A DNA stretch of 64,000 bases from Perna viridis (Eukaryota), in NCBI GenBank assembly GCA_037379345.1, contig CM074519.1, forward strand, positions 41,708,851 through 41,772,850. The letters run 5' to 3'. Under the pieces are notes generated by a model. That model had not been told where the DNA came from, did not search any database, and worked only from the letters and a program-made list of their open reading frames with translations. The position numbers were made by a program, and so were the translations under genes. How positions within the stretch are numbered: the first letter of the stretch is position 1; each line of letters opens with the position of its first letter. This document shows positions 10,501-21,600 of this stretch, piece after piece.

Positions 10501-12669
10501 AAGTACTGAAAGAGTAATCAAGGGAACCAAGGTTGTAGTGGTAATCAAAAGAATATAATCCATGGACAAAGACCAGACATGGAAAACAGATATACACAAT
10601 AAAGAACATACAGTAACTAAAATAATACATACAAAGTAACAAAAGTAAATGAGCAACTTGGACTCCACTAAAAACTCGGAGCATGGACCAGATGTACCAG
10701 TAGGGTAAGCATGCTCAGCTTTTCTAGAAACACCCGCCAAGTTGCACATAAAAAGTCAAGTCCAGGGTAGACGAAAGAGGAAAGGAAAACTATGACACGA
10801 TGAACAAATCAGTTTTCGTGGCACAGATGGATACACCATAATAATCCACAAGTTCATGATGATGACCATAAAACTTCTGTAGTGATGACTTCAATCTTGT
10901 AGCAACACAACCCTTAGTCAAAATTTCCTCTGTCCCTGCAACCCTCCTCTTTGTTATTTGGATATTGATATGTTGGGTTGGGGTCAGAACGATGTGCCAT
11001 ACAAAAAGTTGGAGATTTAGCGGTACCGCAGAGTATCGCCCTTCAACCGCTTGCAACGACTTTCAAGTTGAAATTGTGCATGTCACACCTACCTAGTTCG
11101 ATTCCGGAATCATTTTCCTGTATGCTGATACCAAATTTGCTACAAAAATTACATTTATCATTGAAGTTTCGATAATTTTTTACGAGAGACCCTGTTTTGT
11201 TGACATTTTGAACCGTAATAGAGAGTAGGCGGAGCTTGTTACCTTTGGAACGGAACGGAGCAGAAACGATTTTTTAAACAGGAATCCAACAGAATATTTC
11301 AAAATTCCGCTGAAAAATTACGTGTCCATTACCTTTCCGTTCCAAAAGTAACAAGCTCCCCCTACTCTCTATTACTTTTGGAACGGAAAGGTAATGGACA
11401 CGTAATTTTTCAGCGGAATTTTGAAATATTCTGTTGGATTCCTGTTTAAAAAATCGTTTCTGCTCCGTTCCGTTCCAAAGGTAACAAGCTCCGCCTACTC
11501 TCTATTACAGTTCAAAATGTCAACAAAACAGGGTCTCTCGTAAAAAATTATCGAAACTTCAATGATAAATGTAATTTTTGTAGCAAATTTGGTATCAGCA
11601 TACAGGAAAATGATTCCGGAATCGAACTAGGTAGGTGTGACATGCACAATTTCAACTTGAAAGTCGTTGCAAGCGGTTGAAGGGCGATACTCTGCGGTAC
11701 CGCTAAATCTCCAACTTTTTGTATGGCACATCGTTCTGACCCCAACCCAACATATCAATATCCAAATAACAAAGAAGAGGGTCAGAGGAAATTCGGACTA
11801 CACAACCCTGTTCCAGAGCCTACTTGTTAGAATTGTAGCGCGATACAAAAAGTTTGCTTAGTTTCGGCAAGCTCTGGCATAGCACATGAGTTGTGATATG
11901 AACACTTCATACACAGGTAATGAAGTACTGAGAGGTTTGAAAAAAAATATATGTCTTTGAACATGAAAATTTTACTTTCAAATGCTTCCTGTTTCCATAT
12001 AAATGTATCATTCTAATTTGTTTATGAAATTATCAATTCAATGAGAATCTCTCCAATATTATCCCAGTTATAATCTCAAATAAAATAGATCTTTTCTATA
12101 ATGGAAGCAAATGCGTTTATAAGTCATCTAAGGGACTGTGATGTTTAGTGAAAGTTACTTCTTTCAGTATAATTTTGATTGAAAAAAAATCACTAGATTA
12201 CGTGTACATGTAAGTCAATTCAAAACAAATATCCTTACATGTAGCTTTCTGAAACTTCAACCATTGAAATCTTTAAAGTACCTTCAATAAGAATTAATTC
12301 ATTTGTATTGTTCCTCACATCTTTACTATTCTTGTAAATCAATTTTCTTTCAATGACAGCTGTTTCATTTTTTGGAATGTCCTGTAGATTTTCTATTTCA
12401 AGAAAAGTAGTCTCTTGGTGAATTTCGTTGTGACCTATCGAATTTCTTGATTTTTTCAAGTAATCGTTTATCTTTACACTATCGCCGTCCACAAAACAGA
12501 AATTCAATATACAGGTACCACAGAGTCGCCTGTTCACGACATGTGGTTTGTTTATCCAGACTGTGATGGCATCAATAAAACCAGACTTATTACCGTTCGT
12601 GGTTTTTTCGGCTATAATATGGTCAAAATTAAATGGGTCACACATATCGGAAATCTTTTCAGTAGTCAT
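1190..12669 (-). CDS. TRMT44: tRNA (uracil-O(2)-)-methyltransferase TRMT44/Trm44, multi-exon, 3'-incomplete in this window
   Basis: Exons in transcription order: 12669-12282, 9292-9181, 8813-8603, 7092-7024, 6566-6459, 4991-4920, 3943-3837, 2455-2272, 1538-1190. All introns are GT-AG and phases are compatible. Family motifs: [105 protein letters not shown]. The C-terminal exons were not found in 1-1189. Confidence 0.95.
2272..2455 (-). CDS. TRMT44: TRMT44 exon 8
   Basis: SSYTCQYFVLPCCHYDF...[11 protein letters not shown]|gtaagt. Confidence 0.93.
3837..3943 (-). CDS. TRMT44: TRMT44 exon 7
   Basis: [36 protein letters not shown]. Confidence 0.93.
4920..4991 (-). CDS. TRMT44: TRMT44 exon 6
   Basis: [26 protein letters not shown]/GT flanked. 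Confidence 0.93.
5440..6512 (-). repeat. 54-bp minisatellite (about 20 units) derived from the TRMT44 exon 5 end plus 5' splice site
   Basis: 54-bp period (e.g. agaagacag at 5763 and 5817); each unit encodes (V/I)GLG(C/W/H)[13 protein letters not shown]; 18 units in one open frame plus about 2 degenerate distal units. Confidence 0.97.
6459..6566 (-). CDS. TRMT44: TRMT44 exon 5 (SAM-binding motif I)
   Basis: [36 protein letters not shown]|GTAGGT. The first donor is assumed; further in-frame donors follow in the 54-bp array. Confidence 0.85.
6810..6915 (-). repeat. Short fragment of the same Penelope-like 3' UTR repeat
   Basis: aatcaagggaaccaa...catggaaaacagatacacacaa matches 10516-10600. Confidence 0.65.
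7024..7092 (-). CDS. TRMT44: TRMT44 exon 4
   Basis: [25 protein letters not shown]/GT flanked. Confidence 0.93.
7751..7981. mobile_element. MITE with CAGGGxCGGATCCAG TIR and 5-bp TSD (hAT5-like)
   Basis: TSD AGATG at 7746-7750 and 7982-7986; TIR cagggacggatccag / ctggatccaccattg; nested in an older repeat at about 7490-8060. Confidence 0.75.
8603..8813 (-). CDS. TRMT44: TRMT44 exon 3
   Basis: IQLKKINI...WMSTVLLPKLCSWS...YNTLKEKYGRYFVQ|gtaagg. Confidence 0.9.
9181..9292 (-). CDS. TRMT44: TRMT44 exon 2
   Basis: ttttag|..DKERSVVASFYVYNEEKFPDVSSYQLVFVTGPEQSNN|gtacat; open and bridges phase 1 to phase 2. Confidence 0.75.
9755..10082. repeat. 20-bp minisatellite with 40/60-bp higher-order pattern
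   Basis: Alternating gtgacattgttatctgatct and gtgacattgctatcatacat units. Confidence 0.9.
10497..11920 (-). mobile_element. Penelope-like retroelement 3' fragment (RT C-terminus and 3' UTR), split by the foldback element
   Basis: Joining 11920-11810 to 10914-10790 gives a degenerate PVYEVFISQLMCYARAC...EQGCVATRLKSSLQKFYGHHHELVDYYGVSI, a PLE RT C-terminal region common in bivalves. The UTR part 10500-10740 matches 63800-64000. Confidence 0.7.
10915..11800. mobile_element. Non-autonomous foldback DNA transposon, AcademH-like
   Basis: Termini TAGTC...GACTA; 9-bp direct repeat CACAACCCT at 10906-10914 and 11801-11809; near-identical inverted arms 10941-11351 / 11372-11782 around a 20-bp spacer. 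The AcademH label rests on recalled family traits (TAG termini, 9-bp TSD). Confidence 0.8.
12282..12669 (-). CDS. TRMT44: TRMT44 exon 1
   Basis: ATG at 12669 (MTTEKISD...[15 protein letters not shown]...LILIE); donor GTACTT, phase 1. Confidence 0.85.
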
Positions 12670-15600
12670 GAAAACATCTTTCAAGGTTATTGTCCGTCAT
12701 CTAAGAGGTTAAAATGACGATACTGTAAAAGGACGGCACTGGTATTTGATGTTTGTCTTCTCATAATTTCAACATGAAAAAGGGGGCTGACATCTTGGAA
12801 AACATAATACCCTAACTCATTGACGGACAATTCCGGATATTTCACATTCACGTATTAGGATGAACAGTGGTAGAAATATATTTTATACACTGACCCAATC
12901 ATCTGTGCCATGGGAAAAATTAAAATTTCAATTAAAAAGCATTATGTGCACAAAATACTTGACAACTTGTATGCTGGGCTGGATTATGAGATGTTTAAAA
13001 AAAAATGATAGTTGAGGGGAAGCATGGACTCGTTAATAGTTAGGTAATTATTACCCCCCCCCCGTCTTTTGCATAAAAAATGAACGATATCCTGGATCAG
13101 CCCCAGTAGTCTTATATACAGCTACATACACTGCTAAGTAAACAGATCTTTGGTTTGGTTTACATAATTTGATTGAAAGACAAGTTTCTTCATTTGAATT
13201 TATTGAAAGACAAAGAGTAATTAAGACAATCGTAAAATACACCCCATTATACTAACATTCACCAAAAGATTTTTTAACTAAAACAAGACTAAAAAACCTT
13301 CTACGTGACCATAAAAATGAGATGATATTTTTTTTATTCATATGTAAAATTAATTTGAAAAATGTAATCTTTAACAGTTCTTCTTTCATTGCGAACGCAT
13401 ATCTCAGGTGAAATATTAGTGCCCTAAATCTGATAAAAAGTGTACTTCATAAAACAAAGGCACGGATGGTTCCTTTTTTCTCAATTTAAGAGGCATTCGT
13501 GAATTTAATTTACTTAATTAAAGGTGCTGATCCACAGGTGGGTGTGATTATATTGATCATAAACATTTTGTATCTGGTCTGGAAAATTGGCTTCTTTATG
13601 AATTTAAGAGTTTTCTTCTTGCCAGTAAGTTACTGATTTAAACTGAACACCAACATGACTTAGGACGTCAATTTGTATCAAGAATTTAAGAATTTAAATT
13701 ACTTTTCAACATTTCCAGGGACACGGACGTTTACATATGTCCCTGCCATTTCTGATGATTTCATATCACAAGATGGTTGACAACACAAGGGCAATAGAAA
13801 ATACCATGTAGTAGTGCATTGAAGATTAAATGAGTACCAGGAGCTTGTTCGTGGTTACATACCTGTGGGGCTGCATATTTGATCGTGGGAGCAAGCCCTT
13901 GTGATGAATGCACTCTTTTGAGAATTGAGGTTGCTCTTCACAGACAAAACATGTAACAGTCATTCCTTGATTATACAGAAAAAAAATCATTTTATCTGTT
14001 GTTTCTAGCAGGGAGCATATATTGAAAGTCCCTGTTTCTAGTGGTCATCATGGGTCAAGCATGCATTAAAATGCCAAATGTTCATCTATCTTTCGAATTA
14101 AAAAATATAAATAAAACATAAGTATTACGATATCAAATTTAAGGTATTATATATTTCAAGGTTTAAATCACCAGAAGATGATATTACATTATGGCATAAT
14201 TTAATGGATGGGTGTTTCAAAAAACGTCATTGAAAATTTGTATTTGGGAATGAGCAGAAATCCACGCGAAGTATTACTTCAACAAAGGATGATTATATTC
14301 GGATGAAAAATAAATATTAAAAGCAATTTTACTGAATACACAAAATCGTTTTACTTTTGAAGAAATGCCAATATAAGAGACATACAATCTGTAAGGAAAG
14401 GGCTCTTCATTTCTGAGTGGGGATCATTTTTCATGTAAAAAATAAAAGAAGCTATAGGGAATCTTTTTTATGAAGACAATTACAGAATGGGACACTTTTT
14501 TGTGTGTAGGAAATTAAAAGGTGACATTGTCATAACTTATTGCGTAATTACACAAAGGAATTAGATATACATTTGTATGTGGATTTTTTGGAGGGGTCGG
14601 TGTTTCTACTGTGGTTGTACCATCTTGCTATAGTCAAACTTTGAAGAGAACAAGAGGTGAAGGTTGTTGTCTGAGTGATAACATTTGTTCCAAGTGACTA
14701 TGACATTGAGATTGACCTTTATATTCAAACATCTTGGTATATCAGTGGGAATGGCCCATGAATTCCAACTTTGGTGATATTGAAGAAACTTACATTGTAT
14801 TTGTGTCACAACCTCGAGGGGGGGGGTATACTTCAGTTAAAATTTGGTACGGGATGAGCTAGTTCATAAATAAAAACAATAGGTCCCCAGCATTTTGTAG
14901 AAAGGGCACATAATTGCTAAATGTTTTGACCGAATCTCGTACATCTGTAATTTATCAATACATCACCTTATCAGTTAAGATTAAACAGACATTTTCCCCA
15001 TGGCTATTAGCTGCAGCAGACACCAATTGAAGATTAATAGGTGATATAATTGGAAAGTTTGTCTTTTCAATAAACCGTACATTTAAATTGTAGAAATATG
15101 ACCCATTGTAATAGTATAGTTCAGAAATGACAGCTCATTGACATATGAAAGTAAAAAAATATGACCCAATCATATATTTCAACTCTAGAAAAAAAACAGA
15201 CACATTTCAGCGGCACGTCTGTATATACTCAGTCTGGTACAATGTACATAGGGAGTGACAATTTCCACCTCCCCCCTCTATGGTCACAACTCGTTCAGCA
15301 CCTGGAAACATCTGAATTATTACATAATAAATATGAAATAAATCAATAAAATTTTAAAAAGAAGAATATAATTTGTGTTAACTATATATCTAACAAAATA
15401 GGGGTGACATTTTATTCAGAAGGGCTAGAGTGGGGGGGGGGCATTTTTTCTCAATCAGCATTAGAGGGGGGGGGGGTTTACATATTTTTTTTCTTTTTTC
15501 ATTGGTCAGGGATGAGAAGATCCTGGTAAGTCGATATCCCTAATAAAGTAGTTTTTCTATCGAAAAATAAGTGTAATGTTGAAAACTACACATGACGGGA

Positions 15601-17650
15601 TTCTTTGCCAACTTTCTTCGCGTCATTCTAGATTCAAATATGGAAACAGTTTATTTTTTTCCAAGACAGTCAATTATTTACAAAAACAACAAAAGATTTT
15701 AGGAAGTTGATTACCTGACTATATAGTACCAGTACAATGTACCAAATTATACTCCGTGACATGTCATATCCTATTTTTTCAGGGGTAACTTCCATTCTTC
15801 GATTTATATACGGAAAGTTCTCAATGTTTTAAAATGCTGTTGAACATTGAAATGCTGGCGTTGTGCGACTGTTTCTGGTGTTGTTTCAGTTAGAAGCATT
15901 CATGCAACGGGTTATTAGTTAACATAGAATTAAAATGCTTAAGAAAGCAAGGAACTGTATATCAGAGACGTGGAACTGACTACATTTACACGAAAGAGAA
16001 CGATAATTATCACAACAACAAAATATATTCAGTAACAAACCCTATTTTCGAATGATATACAAACAATGAAGACAACATATCGTATGTCCATATTCATATC
16101 TGAATAAAAAACACACCATTAAGGAATGAACATTAAAACCACACCCCAACGCACGTTTAACTACATGGACTGCACGTGAATGTAAAGACGAAGAAAGAGA
16201 GTAGAAAAAAAAACATTTAATATTTCCGACAGTCGTCAAGATTAAAACGAATTGCACTTTTCTATATGTAAATAAATATTAACAATTGTTATTGGTTCCC
16301 ACGGGAATTATACCATGTTTAAAAGTATTATACGACACCTTTTCACGCTCAAAATGAAATATTTATTACTTTTATTTTGTATGTTGACATAAGTTTACTT
16401 TCAACATGCATTGAGTTTACAATCAAATAAATTAGTAGAACGGCATTCACGGGCACTCAGGCTGATAAGCAATTGCACGGACGGACTGACAAGAACACGG
16501 TGAAATCATGAAATTATTCCTACAACATGATTTATAGCGTGGAATTCCGTTCCTCCATACTCAAACGATGACACCTATACAGTAAATTCATTATATAGCT
16601 TGCCATATACAAACTCTATAGCATCCCTGGAGAAGCAGATAAAGCAGGCAGTTGTTCACACGTGGATACGGGTAGACAGACAGATAATTGAGTGAGCAAA
16701 CTGTCACGACCAGTAGAAACACAAAGTGACAAAAGAAATGAAAATGTTTATGAAGGTTTTTGTTACCGATAACGCGAATTAAGGTCTGGAGGGCCGGACG
16801 CGCGTGAATTAAAAGAAAATTACTGAAGCGGACTGTGTGTGTCCCGTCCTTAGGTCAGTCAGCAATTTCTTCAATTCCCGCATCCACTCGGCCCTGAGAT
16901 TAACGAGTTTTCTTGCGAAAATATACTACGAGTCGTCATGGACTTTAGTATATGAACATATCTGAATTTTATTAAAAGATGCAATCAGCAGTCAACTTTA
17001 TTGACCAATTCCTTATATAAACATAGTAAGCCTTTCTACTAAAATGTATCTATACACAGTCCTAAAATTTACAGCCTGACAAATATATACATAGAAAAGA
17101 TTTGCCGTAAGATGATGAGTGCAGATAGAGATATAATCATTTACAAACAATAACGCCGGTCTCTATAAAATAAAGGAGTTATAAAACATGTAACAAATTC
17201 ACTGTGCAAACACAAATGTATTTTATTGCAGTAGAACATTTATGTCTTTTGTGGTATTGTAGTTACCTGAATAGCTTCAGGAATTTTAAAATTGAATTGG
17301 TCATTATCTTACTTTTGTAAACATTCTTTTGAAATGTACCTAATTTGATCATTAAGATAGTATTTTTAACCTGATTAGTCACTTCGTCCCACAGTTAGTC
17401 TGTGACGCGACCACTTACCTGGATTTTTACCTGTTTCAAGGTGGGGATAATTCATAACAACATTCCATACATAATATGTGTGTCATATTTGAATTTTCGA
17501 AAATGGAAGTGAATTTGTGAACAATATGTAAAAGGAGGAAATTTTGGATTTTGTTTCTCATTCTGTATGTATTCAGTTTTTGTTGATAAACTTAGTGTTA
17601 AGAAGATCAATTTAGATTTTACTGTTCAATCAAAACTTCTATAAACCAAG

Positions 17651-18659
17651 ATGGCGACTAAAAATCCGGTAACAATTCCTTATATGTGTTTGGAGTTATT
17701 AGTTTTCGTCTCTTTTGTTTTCGGTGCGACTGTATTTAGAGACAGCGTTGATTATATTGTACCAAGTAATGCACAAACTGGACATATTATAACAAAACTT
17801 GGGTGTAGTGACACCGGTATATTAATACGACCTGAGATCAGAGGTCAACTAGATTATCAACTATTTTCAGAGTTGTTTTCTTTAGATAAAAGCGGAAATC
17901 TAGTCGTTAAAAGTGAGTTGTCTTTACACGATGGAAAATATTTTACAATATCGGTATTTTCAAAAGATAATTGTTTTCAAAATGTCGAGAACACACGGAC
18001 GTTTGGTGTTGTTATATCAAACCCACAAGATCATTTAGACTTGGGAAGACAAATATTCAAAGGTTATGTGGATGGAAATTCAAAACCTGGAGATCTAGTG
18101 AAAGGACTGGAAAATTTAGTGCAATCGTTGAGAGACCCATCAATTTCATGTTCCCTGATTGGTGATAGTGCCAATTTGTTCGATTTATTACCCTCATCAA
18201 AGGGTGTAAAAATCTTGTCAAATCCCTTATCCCAGGGTGAATCCGTGTATTACTCACTCCAATGTATCAGAGGTAACGCTATAACAACTAATGGTCTCCA
18301 TATATCATATCAAAATCAATCACCAACAGACACCGCGGCCGATCAATCCGAACCACTAATTGACAATCTCCTCAAATCTTTTGATCAAATATCGGTATAC
18401 CCACATACACAGTCACATCACCGTAGGAAACGACAAAGTATCGATGTCCGGACGCTCACTGTCAAAGAGAACGTCACTGAAATCGTAACCCTACCTAACG
18501 ATGCACAAGGAAACATACAATGGTCAATCATAGACAACACCGATACATTTACAGTAAACAATCAAGGCAAAGTCAGTGTGAAGCCTGGCAAGAAACTGGA
18601 CTATGACTACGGTAGACGACAGTATAGTATTACTGTTACTGTAGCAGATGGGCAAACTG
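17651..18659 (+). CDS. CadN: cadherin exon 1 (signal peptide, pro-region, RRKR, first EC)
   Basis: MATKNP...HHRRKRQS...[22 protein letters not shown]|gtaggt. Confidence 0.88.
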
Positions 18660-21600
18660 GTAGGTATACACAATCATCTGCATCAATAACTTATAGTGCA
18701 CATTGCGTACATTCACCAATGACTTAATACTCGATCATTGACTAAATTTGAATAGCACACTTGTAGTTTAAAATATATTTATTTCATATACACTGTCGTG
18801 TACATCGGTTCCTTTCCAACTTTCAAGACGAGCCCTTTTTGTTAAATTCCGTGTACACCACCCTGTCACAACATTGCAATTCACTCGACCATAATATCAT
18901 TTTATTTTAAGTTTAATCCAATTTTAAAAAGTATGAACAGTTGTTCTGCTGATAGGCTTAGGGGGCAAAGGTCAAAAGGTGTTTAATAGGCATTAAATGG
19001 TATGTCCTGTGTTCTGTTACTATTTTATGGTAGAGTTGACACATGTATACCCACAGGACTAGTGCATGTCAAAGGTACATTTGTACACACGAAACTGGAG
19101 GAATGCATGTCAAAGGTCAACAAATTATAAACATGTATGACTTGTATACCACAAATTCATGTTTAGAAACAAGGAAGACTGGTTGATGTCATATTGACAA
19201 TAGTTTGAATCTGACTGGCAATTGGCACCTACATGTACACTATAGTACATGTACATGATTGTGCGTTTTAAGTGTTTTAGTTCTATAGCTTGTCACCCCA
19301 TTGTAATGGTATGACAGTATAATAATTGAATTCTTCGATAACTTTATCTTAGGTTATCATCAGAATAAACATAACAATTTCTGCATAGACAAAACAAATT
19401 AGGAAATGTTGAGATTGAGTCGTTTACAATGCAGGAAAGACAAAAATGCAGTTTATTTATATTATAGTGAACACAAGTAAATGTACATGTACCGCTATCA
19501 TAGTTGATAACTAAGCATTCGTAATGTTCACTGTTAAAACCGATGTCCCACCCCATGTCTGCATTTGTTAACCAAACACCGTGACCGAACTAACATAAAT
19601 ATACCCCAATCTTACAGTTAGTCCAAAATTTCTCTTGACACCGCAACTTTTTTTTATTTGGGCCGACATATCAATATCCAAATACATGTAATAAGGAGGG
19701 TTTGTGGCAAACGCCAGAAGAAAATAGTGTGTGAATTGGTCCGTGTATGACTCGTAAAGGAAGAGCATTCGGATATGTCCAGGTAAGAGCAGAGATTTCA
19801 TCTCAGCCGAAACAAAATACAACGGCCCAGTGTCAACCATGTGGAGATATAGGCAGAGGCTGTTCTTGCTTCGAAAATTTTGTCGTGAGAAAAAAAGATG
19901 CAAGACCTGTACCCAGATACTGCACAGTGCTGAAAACCCGGACGGACGGACGCCCGGCATTTCCATGTTCCCTCGACGCGTTTTAAAGCTTCTGCACTGG
20001 AAAAGGAATACGCTATTTTTTTGCAACGTGACTTGCAAATTGAAAACACCATATATATACCTTCTCCAGTGCCGATGTGGTATGCAGGACGTTGGCGAAA
20101 CAAAATAACCTTTCAACAGGCGTATGAATGGTCATCGCAGTAACTACAAGTGTAAACCAGACTTCCCTCTAAGTCGCCATCTTAGATCTGCCGGACACAT
20201 CCACGAGTATCTCCACAACATTGCTTTTACGATCATACTAACAATTGGTCAAAAAAGTAAAAGAGTATCTCTCGGGAAAGCTTAATTTTGGATGAAAAAA
20301 TTACAAACAATTTCTCCAGATGGAATAAAACGAGAAAAAATAATTCATTGTTAGGTCCGGTTATAAAGCTGTTATAGCAGTAAATGCTATATATCAATGC
20401 GTCGTACTAATATAATTTGACTTTTCTTAATTGTTTTCCACATTAAAATCATTTCTAGTTTTTGATACAAACACTCCCGTTTTCGTTCTCATTCAGATTC
20501 TTTTATCATTTGCGTATGTGTTTCTTTGATATAGGTACAATCACCCACAGCGTGATTCAGCTTCAGAATCAATTAATGTTTTGATCTTGAACTTTGTTAG
20601 TTTTATGTTGAAGAAGGATATCGGTTATCCGAAATATTTAAGGTAAATTTTACCATCATTTGGTTATGTTGAACATGTTTAGACGTTTATATATATATAT
20701 ATTTGACAGTTCTAACATCGTTGGGAATTTTTCAGATCCTTCTATGTTACATTATCTTCCCTGTATCAATTTGATCCGATGGAGCAGTGTAGCGAAAGGA
20801 GTCGTCACATTCTGAGACGTTTGTATAATATTGATTTGTTGTGACATGTATCGTTAATTTGCTCCTCTATCCAACATAAAAACACCTAGATGAGCTGTCC
20901 CGTACTACCATACATCATGTATTAAGTTACAGACCCTCCTATGCTTACATTATCTTCCTTGTGTCAATTTGATCCGATGGAGCAGTGTAGTGAATCGAGT
21001 CGTCTACTAAGGGTTTTTTTTAACGTCCTTGACTACCCTATCGGGTCTCGCACGTTCAGATGGAGTCGTCAAATTCTGAGACGTTTATATAATTTTTGAA
21101 AGACTTGTGCACGGTAATATGTTTCGTAAAATAGAATTAAGTGAACGAACTTGCATTTTGTGATAACATAATTCTTAGTACATTGACCACACAAAAAATC
21201 GCGAACTGCTCTAATTCTTTGTTTCGTTTTTAAAAGGACGCTTTTGGGTCAGAATAGAAAATTTTAGTCATATTCGGACACTAAACAGGAAATAGATCTA
21301 TATTAAGCTTGGTGTAATAATGTTACTCATACTTAAACAAACATGAAAATCCAGGTATACCCAGGTGAAGGGACAATAAATTAACCATTTGTACTAATCT
21401 GTTATTTATCGGAAGTCCAAACATAAAAACTATTGGACCGTAACGCGGGTTGATTCTGATCAGCAGATAGGTGTATTTAGCTGATCATAGAACTATATAC
21501 ACTTACATCAAGGATTTAAACTACTATATATGTAAACACTTATTAGAAATAATGGCCTCTTTGGTTGATTCTACATCTGAACTCTTAATTATTGTGCGTT

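Noticed and set aside
10978-11745. Two identical 65-aa ORFs on opposite strands
   Set aside because: Mirror images from the palindromic element; no recognisable protein motif.
13715-14810. Possible pseudo-exon fragments in the divergent intergenic region
   Set aside because: Stops in the frames I read and no identifiable homology by eye.
20773-20822. Hammerhead-like ccgatggagcagtgtagcgaaa
   Set aside because: The core deviates from CUGANGA, stem II is only 2 bp, and the duplicate copy lacks GAAA.
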